From Gemmatimonadota bacterium (GTDB lineage Bacteria; 4572-55; J002): DNA of 64,000 bases. The notes below the pieces were generated by a model. The model was not told where the DNA came from and made no database searches. It saw only the letters and a program-made list of their open reading frames with translations. The stretch covers positions 1,976 through 65,975 of the forward strand of contig RFFQ01000173.1 in NCBI GenBank assembly GCA_003697105.1, given 5' to 3'. Made by a program: the position numbers and the translations under genes. This document shows positions 50,281 to 60,300 of this stretch, piece after piece. How positions within the stretch are numbered: position 1 is the stretch's first letter; each line of letters begins with the position of its first letter.

Positions 50281-52098
50281 ATGCGAAAATTTTATATCGT
50301 ATTGATGTGGGTGATGTTAATGGGTATGGTTGGCATTGTGTTTGCCGCCGGTGGTGGGTCTGGGGCAGATTCGACCTCAATCGCATTTCCGCCACCTCTT
50401 GATGGTTATCATGATCAAGAGTTAACCTCTGCTTTTGCCATTATCAAACAGCGGGCAAGTGAAGTCCCCTTTAACGTGGTTGCCACATTGATCTTTTTTC
50501 TGGCGATTATCCACACTTTTTTTGCCGGTAAATTCATGAAGGTTGCTCACCGGTGGCAACATGAGCATGAAACTCGCCAAAAGAACGGTGAAGCGAGTCC
50601 GAACTCCGTACATTTGGGCGCCGAAATTCTCCATTTTCTGGGTGAGATAGAGGTTGTTTTTGGGCTATGGACAATTGCTCTGGGCGGGGCAATCCTTGTG
50701 TCTTATGATTGGGATACCTTAGTGTACTATGTGGGGCACCATGTGAATTACACGGAGCCGATCTTTGTTGTCGTGATTATGACCCTCGCCTCAACGCGTC
50801 CGGTGCTGAAGCTCTCCGAGCAGATCATGGCACAAATCGTCAAGGTTTTGGGGAACACCTTAACCATGTGGTGGTTTATCATTTTAACGGTGGGACCTCT
50901 CCTGGGTTCTTTCATCACGGAGCCAGCCGCCATGACGATCTGCGCCCTGCTATTAGGTAGTAAATTTTACCAGCTTAAACCGAGTCCCAAGTTTAAATAT
51001 GCTACGCTAGGCTTGTTGTTCGTGAACATCTCGGTGGGAGGTACGCTGACCCATTTTGCAGCACCACCGGTATTGATGGTTGCCGCGCCATGGGGGTGGG
51101 ATATGCCTTTTATGATGCTCCATTACGGCTGGAAAGCCGCTTTGGGGATTTTGATCTCAAATCTGCTATACTACTTCTATTTTAAGCAAGAAATGGCAAC
51201 CTTGGAGCATAAACACCGGATGAATGTATTAGAACGTGCCATTCAGGAGAAATTTTTGCCGGATGATGCCTTTGAGGCACAGTTCAATGCGGTCAAAGCT
51301 GAGATCGATGAAAAATTAGAGCTTGCTAACCAATTTTACCGGCGGTGTGATGCGATTCGGACGGCACTGTGGGAGAAGACCTTAGCGCAGGTTGCTTCGG
51401 AAAATATCGACCCCGAAAGTCTGGAAAGTGCTTTCGAGGATCAATTTGAAAAGTTACGGTTGCGCGAGATGCGGAAATCCTTACCCGGTTTGTTGCCGGA
51501 AGCGGATCAGCCTCCTTACCATGACCCGGAGTGGGACCAACGTTCTGAAGAAGTGCCGCTGTGGGTCATGTTAGTACATGTGGGCTTTTTAATCTGGACG
51601 GTGGTCACGGCTCATTATCCCGCACTGTTTGTGGGTGGCTTCTTGTTTTTTCTGGGATTTGCACAGGCAACAGCACCTTTCCAAAACCGGATTAATTTGA
51701 AACCGCCTTTGTTGGTGGGCTTTTTTCTGGCAGGTCTGGTGATTCATGGTGGGGTTCAGGCGTGGTGGATTGCACCGGTACTCGGCAGCCTAACGGAATT
51801 GCCGTTGATGATCGGGGCGACGATCCTGACTGCTTTTAATGACAATGCCGCGATCACGTATCTCAGTACGCTGGTGCCCTCGCTAACACCGAGTCTGAAG
51901 TATGCCGTTGTGGCGGGAGCCGTCACTGGCGGTGGGTTGACGGTGATTGCCAACGCACCCAATCCGGCAGGACAATCCATTTTATCCAAATATTTTGAAG
52001 ACGGAATTTCCCCGGTAGGGTTATTGTTGGGTGCACTTTTCCCGACACTGGTGATGGGATTTTGCTTTATGGTTACGTTCTACTTATTGGGATTTTAA
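50281..52098 (+). CDS. polytopic membrane protein, putative cation transporter, with a central cytoplasmic coiled-coil insert
   Basis: 12 or more hydrophobic helices split by a roughly 130 aa charged segment. The family is not confidently recognised. Confidence 0.45.
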   Translation: MRKFYIVLMWVMLMGMVGIVFAAGGGSGADSTSIAFPPPLDGYHDQELTSAFAIIKQRASEVPFNVVATLIFFLAIIHTFFAGKFMKVAHRWQHEHETRQKNGEASPNSVHLGAEILHFLGEIEVVFGLWTIALGGAILVSYDWDTLVYYVGHHVNYTEPIFVVVIMTLASTRPVLKLSEQIMAQIVKVLGNTLTMWWFIILTVGPLLGSFITEPAAMTICALLLGSKFYQLKPSPKFKYATLGLLFVNISVGGTLTHFAAPPVLMVAAPWGWDMPFMMLHYGWKAALGILISNLLYYFYFKQEMATLEHKHRMNVLERAIQEKFLPDDAFEAQFNAVKAEIDEKLELANQFYRRCDAIRTALWEKTLAQVASENIDPESLESAFEDQFEKLRLREMRKSLPGLLPEADQPPYHDPEWDQRSEEVPLWVMLVHVGFLIWTVVTAHYPALFVGGFLFFLGFAQATAPFQNRINLKPPLLVGFFLAGLVIHGGVQAWWIAPVLGSLTELPLMIGATILTAFNDNAAITYLSTLVPSLTPSLKYAVVAGAVTGGGLTVIANAPNPAGQSILSKYFEDGISPVGLLLGALFPTLVMGFCFMVTFYLLGF

Positions 52099-52114
52099 TC
52101 AAAATGCTTTTCCT

Positions 52115-52243
52115 ATGAGTACGACAGAAATTCTCTTTGTAATTTTGGTTATTTTCGCCATTCTTTGCTCTATTGCGGCGGGTGTGCTGATCCGCTATGT
52201 CCTGAAACAAGCGGAGCAGGAGGAACGTGAGGAGGACGTATGA
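52115..52243 (+). CDS. unannotated 42 aa single-pass membrane micro-protein
   Basis: ATG at 52115, one hydrophobic helix (ILFVILVIFAILCSIAAGVLI) then a charged tail (EQEEREEDV). The stop overlaps the ATG of the next gene (ATGA). Confidence 0.3.
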   Translation: MSTTEILFVILVIFAILCSIAAGVLIRYVLKQAEQEEREEDV

Positions 52244-53268
52244 ACTATCATCTGGGCTTGCTGGTGTTGTTCGTGGTACTAAGTGGTTGTTCCCAACGGA
52301 TGTATGACGTCGCTTATCCTACGCTCTCGGATGGCAAATACGATAGTGAATTTCCCTACCGGAATGCTTCATCCCAACTAGCGGCAGTTAGTGAAACCAT
52401 CAAAATGGTCAATGTCATTGCCTATTATAAAACGTACCGGTTTGCCGTATCGGATGGAATACAACGGGAGGACTTAACCCGTGCGTTGGCGGAAGAAAAA
52501 GCGATTTCCACAGATTATTTTAATGAGACCGCATCCGGTACGGCAACGGTCATTGACCGCGAAGGCCGGCGCGTGGCAGTATTGACCTGCGCTCATACGG
52601 TCAATTTCCCGGATACCGTGATAAGTCTGTTTCCTCACTCATCTCAGACCATCCAATCGGTGGCGTTTAAGGAGAAGCAAATCAATTATATACGGGATCT
52701 ACCCGAGGGGGGTGACCTTGATATTCTCGCGATGGACCCGGCCATTGATGTGGCAGTGCTTGGGCAAACGTTTTCCGTACCGGTGGAGGGATTTTTGCCA
52801 GTTTTCCACTACCCACTCGGTCAAGGCAAGGCGTTGGAATGGGGTGCGTTTGTTTATGTGATCGGCTACCCGATGGGCTATCAGATGATTACCAAAGGAA
52901 TTGTTAGCAGCCCAAACCGCGATGGTCAGGGCTCGTTTTTAATCGATGCGCCTTTTAATCGGGGTTTTAGTGGGGGGGTTGTGTTAGCCATCCGTGATGG
53001 TGTGCCTAATTTTGAACTAGTAGGCATGGCAAAGTCTGTAGCGGCTGATTATGAAAATATCATCATTCCGGAGCCGCAATCCAGTGGGCAACGTTATGAT
53101 CCGCATCTACCTTATACCGGTGACCTGTTTGTCAAATCGAACGTGGTCATTAAATATGGGATTACCCATGTAATTTCGGCGGAACTCATCCAAAACTTTT
53201 TTGCCCGCTATCAAGCCGATCTTGAGCAAAAAGGGTTCTATTTTCGCCATTTACAGCCTCCCAATTGA
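52240..53268 (+). CDS. trypsin-like serine protease lipoprotein
   Basis: Lipobox (LSGCS). His motif (LTCAHTV) and Ser motif (GFSGG) in chymotrypsin-fold order. Confidence 0.5.
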   Translation: MNYHLGLLVLFVVLSGCSQRMYDVAYPTLSDGKYDSEFPYRNASSQLAAVSETIKMVNVIAYYKTYRFAVSDGIQREDLTRALAEEKAISTDYFNETASGTATVIDREGRRVAVLTCAHTVNFPDTVISLFPHSSQTIQSVAFKEKQINYIRDLPEGGDLDILAMDPAIDVAVLGQTFSVPVEGFLPVFHYPLGQGKALEWGAFVYVIGYPMGYQMITKGIVSSPNRDGQGSFLIDAPFNRGFSGGVVLAIRDGVPNFELVGMAKSVAADYENIIIPEPQSSGQRYDPHLPYTGDLFVKSNVVIKYGITHVISAELIQNFFARYQADLEQKGFYFRHLQPPN

Positions 53269-53329
53269 GGGGATGGGTTCGCTTATCCGGCTTGTGGGAT
53301 GTTCACCGTATGGCCGGTTAAGAAAAGTC

Positions 53330-53358
53330 TTGACGAATGGAATAGGGCGATATATAAT
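53330..53358 (+). promoter_or_regulatory. sigma70-type promoter for the rpsP operon: TTGACG, 17 nt spacer, TATAAT
   Basis: -35 at 53330-53335 and a perfect -10 at 53353-53358, about 45 nt upstream of the GAGGAGG RBS. Confidence 0.6.
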
Positions 53359-53406
53359 TCTGCTCCTTATTTTTTGGTAAAATCTTGTTTTTTCTTTTAA
53401 GAGGAG

Positions 53407-53754
53407 GTGAATAGCTCGTTGGTTCGACTTCGTTTAAAACGTATGGGGCGTAAAAAAGCACCCTTTTACCGGATTGTGGCGGCGGATTCTCGGAGCCCGC
53501 GGGATGGCCGGTTTATTGAAACCGTGGGATACTACGATCCGATGAAAAAACCGGCGGTTTTAGAAGTAGATGTGGAGAAAGCACTCAAATGGCTTATCAA
53601 TGGGGCCCAACCCTCGGATACCGCGCGAAGTTTGCTACGAAAAGCTGGTGTGATGAAAAAATTCCATGAATATCGGATGGCGCAACGGGGACAATCTCCA
53701 CGCGCCCACGTTGCTGAAGATATGCCTGAAGATACTACTGTTGCCGCTGAATAG
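53407..53754 (+). CDS. rpsP: 30S ribosomal protein S16
   Basis: [34 protein letters not shown]. The likely true start is TTG at 53419. Confidence 0.9.
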   Translation: MNSSLVRLRLKRMGRKKAPFYRIVAADSRSPRDGRFIETVGYYDPMKKPAVLEVDVEKALKWLINGAQPSDTARSLLRKAGVMKKFHEYRMAQRGQSPRAHVAEDMPEDTTVAAE

Positions 53755-53812
53755 TGGATTGAAGAACATCCACATCCTATGAACTCGGAGATAGCAAAGG
53801 AGTGCAAACGTT

Positions 53813-54046
53813 ATGAAAGAGTTGATCGAATATATTGCCAAAGCATTAGTTGACCATCCAGATGAGGTAGAAGTCACGGAAGTAGAAGGTGAAAAGGTGA
53901 CGGTCTATGAACTTCGTGTAGGAGACGGTGACCTCGGTAAAGTTATTGGCAAACATGGGCGCACGGCACGCTCCTTACGAACCTTGTTAAATGCTGCGGC
54001 TGCAAAAATGGGCAAACGTGCCGTTTTGGAAATTTTAGAACCTTAA
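53813..54046 (+). CDS. KH-domain RNA-binding protein (UPF0109 / YlqC-like)
   Basis: 77 aa with a [17 protein letters not shown] motif. Conserved position between rpsP and rimM. Confidence 0.75.
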   Translation: MKELIEYIAKALVDHPDEVEVTEVEGEKVTVYELRVGDGDLGKVIGKHGRTARSLRTLLNAAAAKMGKRAVLEILEP

Positions 54047-54126
54047 CTAGCAAATATAGGTCTTGGTGCGATTAAAGATGGAGTTTAGAGCGTTTGCTCT
54101 AACTCCATCTTGATTTATGGGTAGGT

Positions 54127-54642
54127 ATGCAAGAAGAGCTTTTTTTGATTGGGCGTATTACAAAGCCGCACGGTATCCGAGGGGAAGTTCGGGTGTTCCC
54201 AGAAACGGATTTCCCAGAACGCTTTTATGATTTGGAAACCGTTTTTCTGTGCCACCCTTACAATGCCGAGACAACGTCTCTGCAAGTGGTTTCGGCGAGA
54301 CCCCACGGGACGTTTTGGATACTTAAATTTGCAGGGGTTGAGTCCCGGAATGAGGCGGAACTCCTCCGAAATTGGACCCTGGAAATCCCACAGCATCAAT
54401 TGGTGGAACTGCCCGAAGATACCTACTATATTTTTGAGTTGATTGGCTTAGAAGTCCTGACAGACACCGGGCAATTGCTCGGGCGGGTAACAGATGTGTT
54501 GCAATATGGAAGTAGTGATATTTATGTAGTTCAAGACCACCAGCGGGAATATTTAATTCCGGCAATTCGAGATGTCGTGAAACAGATTGACCTCAGTCAA
54601 AAACGGATGTCAATCCATCTAATCGAAGGACTGATTTCGTAA
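54127..54642 (+). CDS. rimM: ribosome maturation factor RimM
   Basis: IGRITKPHGIRGEVRV and the PRC-barrel C-terminal domain. Confidence 0.85.
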   Translation: MQEELFLIGRITKPHGIRGEVRVFPETDFPERFYDLETVFLCHPYNAETTSLQVVSARPHGTFWILKFAGVESRNEAELLRNWTLEIPQHQLVELPEDTYYIFELIGLEVLTDTGQLLGRVTDVLQYGSSDIYVVQDHQREYLIPAIRDVVKQIDLSQKRMSIHLIEGLIS

Positions 54643-54648
54643 TAATCC

Positions 54649-55395
54649 ATGAAAATTGAGATACTGACCCTCTTTCCAGAATTTTTTGAAGCCTTGTTGT
54701 CGGTTAGTATCTTGAAACAGGCAATTTCAAAGCAGATTGTCGATGTTGCTCTTTATAATATTCGGGATTATACGACGGATAAACACCGCACGGCAGATGA
54801 TTATCCCTACGGCGGCGGAAGTGGGATGATCTTAAAACCGGAACCTATTTTTCGGTGCTTGCAAGAGATTAAAAACGCTGCAACTGTTCGACCTTATATT
54901 TTGTTGATGTCACCTCAAGCCCAGCCCTTCGATCAAGCAAAAGCGATTGAATTGTCACACTACCCGCATTTGGTGATGATTTGTGGGCATTATAAAGCGG
55001 TGGATCATCGGGTGCAAGAGGCTTTTGTGGATGAAGAACTGTCCATTGGGGATTACATTTTAACCGGCGGAGAAATTCCCGCCCTGACGGTTATGGATGC
55101 GGTTGTCAGATTGTTGCCCGGGGTGCTGAGTCGAAAAGATTCCGCTGAAAGCGACTCTTACCATCGCGGATTACTGGATACAGACTATTATACTCGTCCA
55201 GAGGCGTATGAAGGGTATCCCGTGCCGGAAGTGTTGTTATCTGGACACCATGAACGTGTAAAGCAGTGGCGGCAAAAAGTTGCCCTCAAAAATACATTAT
55301 TAAAACGACCCGATCTGTTACAAGACCTTATATTAAATCAAGCCGACCTTAAATATTTAAATGAGATTAAAGCAGAAGGAATGAACAATGAATAA
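54649..55395 (+). CDS. trmD: tRNA (guanine37-N1)-methyltransferase
   Basis: [13 protein letters not shown] ... YGGGSGM and the SPOUT fold. Confidence 0.9.
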   Translation: MKIEILTLFPEFFEALLSVSILKQAISKQIVDVALYNIRDYTTDKHRTADDYPYGGGSGMILKPEPIFRCLQEIKNAATVRPYILLMSPQAQPFDQAKAIELSHYPHLVMICGHYKAVDHRVQEAFVDEELSIGDYILTGGEIPALTVMDAVVRLLPGVLSRKDSAESDSYHRGLLDTDYYTRPEAYEGYPVPEVLLSGHHERVKQWRQKVALKNTLLKRPDLLQDLILNQADLKYLNEIKAEGMNNE

Positions 55396-55744
55396 GTTAA
55401 AATCACTCGTTGAAGATCAATTACGTACGGATCATCCCGATTTTCGGGTAGGTGACACGGTGCGAGTTCACGTCAAGGTGGTTGAAGGCAATAAAGAGCG
55501 AATTCAGGTGTTCCAAGGGATTGTCCTGCAACGCCGCCATGGGGGGATCGAAGAAACATTCACCGTCCGCAAAGTTTCGGAAGGGATTGGGGTTGAACGT
55601 ATTTTCCCGTTGCATTCTCCTTCTATCGATCATATTGATATTACCCGTCATGGTCGGGTTCGTCGGGCGAAATTGTTCTACCTACGCCAGCGTCGCGGTA
55701 AAGCCGCCCGGGTTAGTGAACGCCGGTTCGTGCGGCCTCAATAA
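55388..55744 (+). CDS. rplS: 50S ribosomal protein L19
   Basis: [28 protein letters not shown]. 8-nt overlap with trmD. Confidence 0.9.
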   Translation: MNKLKSLVEDQLRTDHPDFRVGDTVRVHVKVVEGNKERIQVFQGIVLQRRHGGIEETFTVRKVSEGIGVERIFPLHSPSIDHIDITRHGRVRRAKLFYLRQRRGKAARVSERRFVRPQ

Positions 55745-55783
55745 CATAAACACGATCCGTCACATTTTTGATGTTTTATAGCG

Positions 55784-55815
55784 AGCAGGACTTCACTCGA
55801 AGTCCTGCTTTTTTA
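55784..55815 (+). terminator. Rho-independent terminator of the rpsP-rplS operon
   Basis: agcaggact ... agtcctgct followed by tttttt. Confidence 0.7.
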
Positions 55816-55826
55816 TGTTATCCCCA

Positions 55827-55856
55827 ACAAAAAAGCGAAGATTTCAAATCTTCGCT
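55827..55856 (-). terminator. Rho-independent terminator for the convergent mscS gene
   Basis: Minus-strand hairpin (gcgaagat / atcttcgc) followed by a T-run. Confidence 0.5.
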
Positions 55857-55885
55857 GAAAGTATCCTTCGGAAGTGCAACTCTTC

Positions 55886-57013
55886 TTATGGGATGGTCAA
55901 GCCTTTGTTTAGGGTCTCCCGTAATTGCTGAAAATGTACTTCCGAGGGATAGTAGGCTAATTGTACTCCCGTTTCTTCTAATACCCGCTTAATCGCCATA
56001 TTCACCGCATGAATGACCTGCCGGTAGTTCTGCTGATCCCAGGTTTTGCCGTCTTCCAAATGTTTTAACCACCAAATGACCTCTAGCACCAGTGAATGGG
56101 GCCCAAACTCAACGAAACGGATTAACGTTTTATCTGGATTTTTATCCGTTTCCGGCACGGAAAAAATCGCCGTTTTAACTTGATCGATCAGGTGTTCGAT
56201 CTGTTCGGTAGTGGTTTCATAGGCAATACCGATCTTCAATATAATCCGGCGATTGGGGTTGGCAGTGGTATTCTCCACAATACTATCCATTAGCGTTGCG
56301 TTTGGAATCACCACAATCGACTTACGACTGGTACGGATCCGCGTAGTCCGTAACCCTACTTGTTCAACATGCCCCGTTTGTCCTTTAACGACAATTCGGT
56401 CCTCCAACTGGAACGGTTTATCGAGAAAGATCGAAATCCCACCAATAATATTCTTGATTAAATCTTGAGCGGCAAGGGCAATGGCTAATCCACCAATGCC
56501 TAAGCCGGTGATTAAGGAGATAATATCAAAGCCTAAATTTGAGAGTGAAATGATAACCGCAAAAATAATGATAATAATATGGAGGGCTTGTTTGATAATC
56601 GGGAGCAATTGTGTCCCTAATTTACTATCTCGGACAGTCAACAGGGGACGAATGTACTCTTCAATCAGAATATTTACCATCCGGATCAATAGCCACGTGA
56701 GTGTTATGGCGATGATCAGAAAAATGATGTTATCTAAAAGCGTTTCAAAATCCGTGTCGAAGGTCAGAAAGAGCTTGCCAACCCAAATACCCCCAGCCGT
56801 GATGATAAACACTAATGGTTTTTCAATGAGTTCAATGGCTTGTTGGAGTTGAACTTCGGCTTCCTGAACGAATTGGCGAAACCGGTTGCGAAACACATGA
56901 TTAATGATTTTTCCACTAATAATCCCCAACAAAATACAACCCAAAAACATCAGGTAACGCCAAATGGCGTTGCCAAAAATAGTGTATTCCAAAACAGATT
57001 GGATGGATTCCAT
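55886..57013 (-). CDS. small-conductance mechanosensitive channel (MscS family)
   Basis: Three N-terminal transmembrane helices, the pore helix GLGIGGLAIALAAQDL, and the beta-domain. Start at the internal Met with a GGAGGA RBS. Confidence 0.85.
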   Translation of the reverse strand: MESIQSVLEYTIFGNAIWRYLMFLGCILLGIISGKIINHVFRNRFRQFVQEAEVQLQQAIELIEKPLVFIITAGGIWVGKLFLTFDTDFETLLDNIIFLIIAITLTWLLIRMVNILIEEYIRPLLTVRDSKLGTQLLPIIKQALHIIIIIFAVIISLSNLGFDIISLITGLGIGGLAIALAAQDLIKNIIGGISIFLDKPFQLEDRIVVKGQTGHVEQVGLRTTRIRTSRKSIVVIPNATLMDSIVENTTANPNRRIILKIGIAYETTTEQIEHLIDQVKTAIFSVPETDKNPDKTLIRFVEFGPHSLVLEVIWWLKHLEDGKTWDQQNYRQVIHAVNMAIKRVLEETGVQLAYYPSEVHFQQLRETLNKGLTIP

Positions 57014-57355
57014 AAATCCTCCCCCTTGTGTTAAATGTGGGTAACAAGCGGTAATTACACCGTACGAGATAAGCAAACATATACGAAACCCACTTGGGGC
57101 GCAATGGCTTTTTCAGAAAGTCCCAATCACTTAACAACTTACATAAAGTGAAAAAATTTATCTCATTTATTATCAATAGGTTATGTTGTATTTTAGTGTG
57201 GGAAGGGTAAAATTGCTAATTTTTTTGCAAAAAATTGCTTGACAAGATGTGGGATTTATGTTAAAAATTACTTCAGAAAGTACTTTAAGGGTTATTAGCC
57301 ATATCATTTATTATCATCAGCTTACGGTGATAATTTCGGTTGAGGAGACGGTGCG

Positions 57356-60300
57356 ATGATAAACCATACACCTTATACACTCGCCACTAGCAAGCAAGTT
57401 GGATTGGGGATCTTTTTGCTGTGCTGGCTGGTTTTTGTCGGAACGGCGGGATCATGGCCCTTTGATTTTGATACCGCGGATGGTATCGATACGTTCAATG
57501 GGACAACGTACATCGATACCGATGCCGGAGAGTTGATGATTTCGGCACCACCTGTAATTTTAACTGATGGAGAAGGCGGTACACCCTTCGCTGATACTCT
57601 GAGCGGTGCCAATGCCTCGCGAGTAACGGTCCGCCCCGAGTTAATCCATCTGAAAAATATTGATATTTTTACTGAAGATTTTACCACCACACAGTATCGA
57701 GGTGAAGCCACAACGGCATTATGGGTCACCAGACGGGGGGGCGGTATCACCTTACAATTCGCGGAAGGAAATTGGAGACCCCAAGAATCGGGTTCGATTC
57801 GTGATTTTAATGACATTGAGTTTATCTCCAAAGATATAGGCTGGGTTGCTGGCGGGAATGCCGCGACCCCCGCCATGTACAAAACGACTGACGGGGGCGC
57901 CACATGGACCAATATTACCGCATCGCTTCCGCCGGGTACAAGCGAATTACAGGATATTGATTTTTCCAGTTCCTCAATGTTAGCTGTGGGAGGAGGTATT
58001 TCGGGTACCATTATCATCTCCGAAGACCGGGGTGAAACGTGGATACGATTGAACCGCCCCGTAGATGCTGACGGGGATTCTTTATTCGATATTACCTCCG
58101 TCGATTTTATAGACCGGATGGAAGGATGGGTTTCGGCAGAATATGGACACATTTTTCATACAACAGATGGTGGTCAAACGTGGGTAGATCAACTGGAAGG
58201 TGTGGACCGGGATATCAACGACCTTGTTTTCATCGATCACCAGCAGGGATGGGCCTTTGGCGGGCAAGGCACTATTTTGAAGACGACAAACGGTGGCGAA
58301 GAGTGGATCCCGATCAATGCGGGTCTCAGCGCAACGTTACACGATGGTACCTATCGCCGTTGGAACTCCACCAATTATATTTTTACGGTCGGTGACGGTG
58401 GGGTGATTAGCCGGACCACCTCCGGCGGTAATGAATGGAGCGGTACGGAATTAAGTGACCAAGCCGGTAATCTAAATTCAATTGTCGTACGGGAATTTGA
58501 CAACGCCCTGCACGGTTGGATTAGTACGGAAAGTGGGGCGATTTACCGTTGTATCAATTTGCAGGATGACCCGGCGGAGTGGAATTGGTTTGCTCAGGAA
58601 ACCGGCACGCGTGAAAGTCTGCATGATATTACGGTGCGGGTGGTCACCGGCGCGATGCAAGAATCAAATTTTGTGGCGTGGGCGTGTGGCAGGCGTGGCA
58701 CCATTCTTTACAATCCATTATATGAGGGAGAAGGTGAAGTGGTTTCCACGGATGTGGTGGCAACCCACCCCACCGCAATTACGGGGGTGACTCTTACGGC
58801 AGATTTAGATTCCCTAGACGGGAGCGGGCATATCACGTTTTATGTTTCCAATAATCGTGGGGATTCATGGACACAGATTGATGAACTGGGTGTGTTTCAG
58901 CCCATACCGGTTAGCTCTGGATGTGATTGTAACACGCTAGCGTGGCGGGCGGAACTGAGTACGGATAATTTGGATTTTAGTCCCGCGATTTTTGAAGTAC
59001 GCATTGACTACCAGCATGGGTATGAAACCTCTGGAACGTACGCCTCTCCCATTTATGATTTTGGCAGTGCTGCCCAACAGCGCCGTTTTCAAGCGGTAAC
59101 ATGGGCATCTACGGTTCCGGAAGGCACGAGTTTGCACCTGTGGGGTGACCTCTACGATGCAGACCGCAACCTCCTCCGGAGTATTGATATGGGTACGTCC
59201 GGTTCCTATACATTTGATCTTCAAAGTTTGCTCAGTGTGGGCAACCAGTTCCGTTATCGGGTTGTTATGCAGACCGGAGACATGAGTGCCACGCCAGAAT
59301 TAACACAAGTGGTTGTGCAAACGGCTTACCTTAGTAGTGGACGGGCTAAACCGGAAAATCGATTAACCGCTGTGAATATTAAAGAATGGGATCGGGTCAT
59401 TGTGGATCTGGCAGAGTTCAATCCCCCCACCCATAGCTTAGAAATGCTGGTTTTTAAAAACGGTGCTCAGATATTCGATCTGCCTCCCCTGGTTTATGAA
59501 ACTGGTCGGGTTACTCGGGATGTTTCTGGAATCCCCACCGATGGTGACCTCAATGTAGAACTGCGACTTTCCACGGCTTCGGGTAGTACAACCCCCCGTA
59601 TCAACCGCCTGACGATCACATACCAATCCTACAGCCAGACCTACTTTGTGGATGAAAATGGGAACTCTCGCACGAAATATAATCTTGGTGAACCTATCTG
59701 CGGAGAAGTGGTAGATCGCGATGCGAACACCGACCCTACTTCCACCCAAACCGTTCCGGTAACATTCTCGTGTGATGAAACCGGTGATGTGCTCGTGACG
59801 ACCTTGACCGAGTTAGGCATCAATAGCGAGCGATTCCGCGGATGTATCCTTCAGGAAGTTAACCCGGTCGCTAACGTGGAAGATGCCATTTTACAGGTTG
59901 TTGATGGTGCTACGATCCGCGTGCGCTATGTTGACCCCGAAGACCCCGAGGACCAGAGCGAAGATCAGGCACGGATCGGTCAAGCCGAAAAAGGGGTCTC
60001 GTTTATTGATGAAAATGGCAATCCAGTGGATCGTTATGACGTTACGGATTCCGTTTGTGTGGAAGTCATCGACCCCGAAGCGAATCTTAGCCCCGTAGCA
60101 ATAGATAGTGTGGACGTATTGCTTTACAACGATGTTACGCTCGATACACTATTTGTCTGGCTCTTTGAAACCGGCAATGATACCGGGGTGTTCCGGGGCT
60201 GTATCGAAACAGAAATCAACCCCATTCGTGATTTAGCGGATCGCAAACTGCAGATTTATGATGATAGTGACATCGGGGTGATCTACTGTCCCGATAGTGA

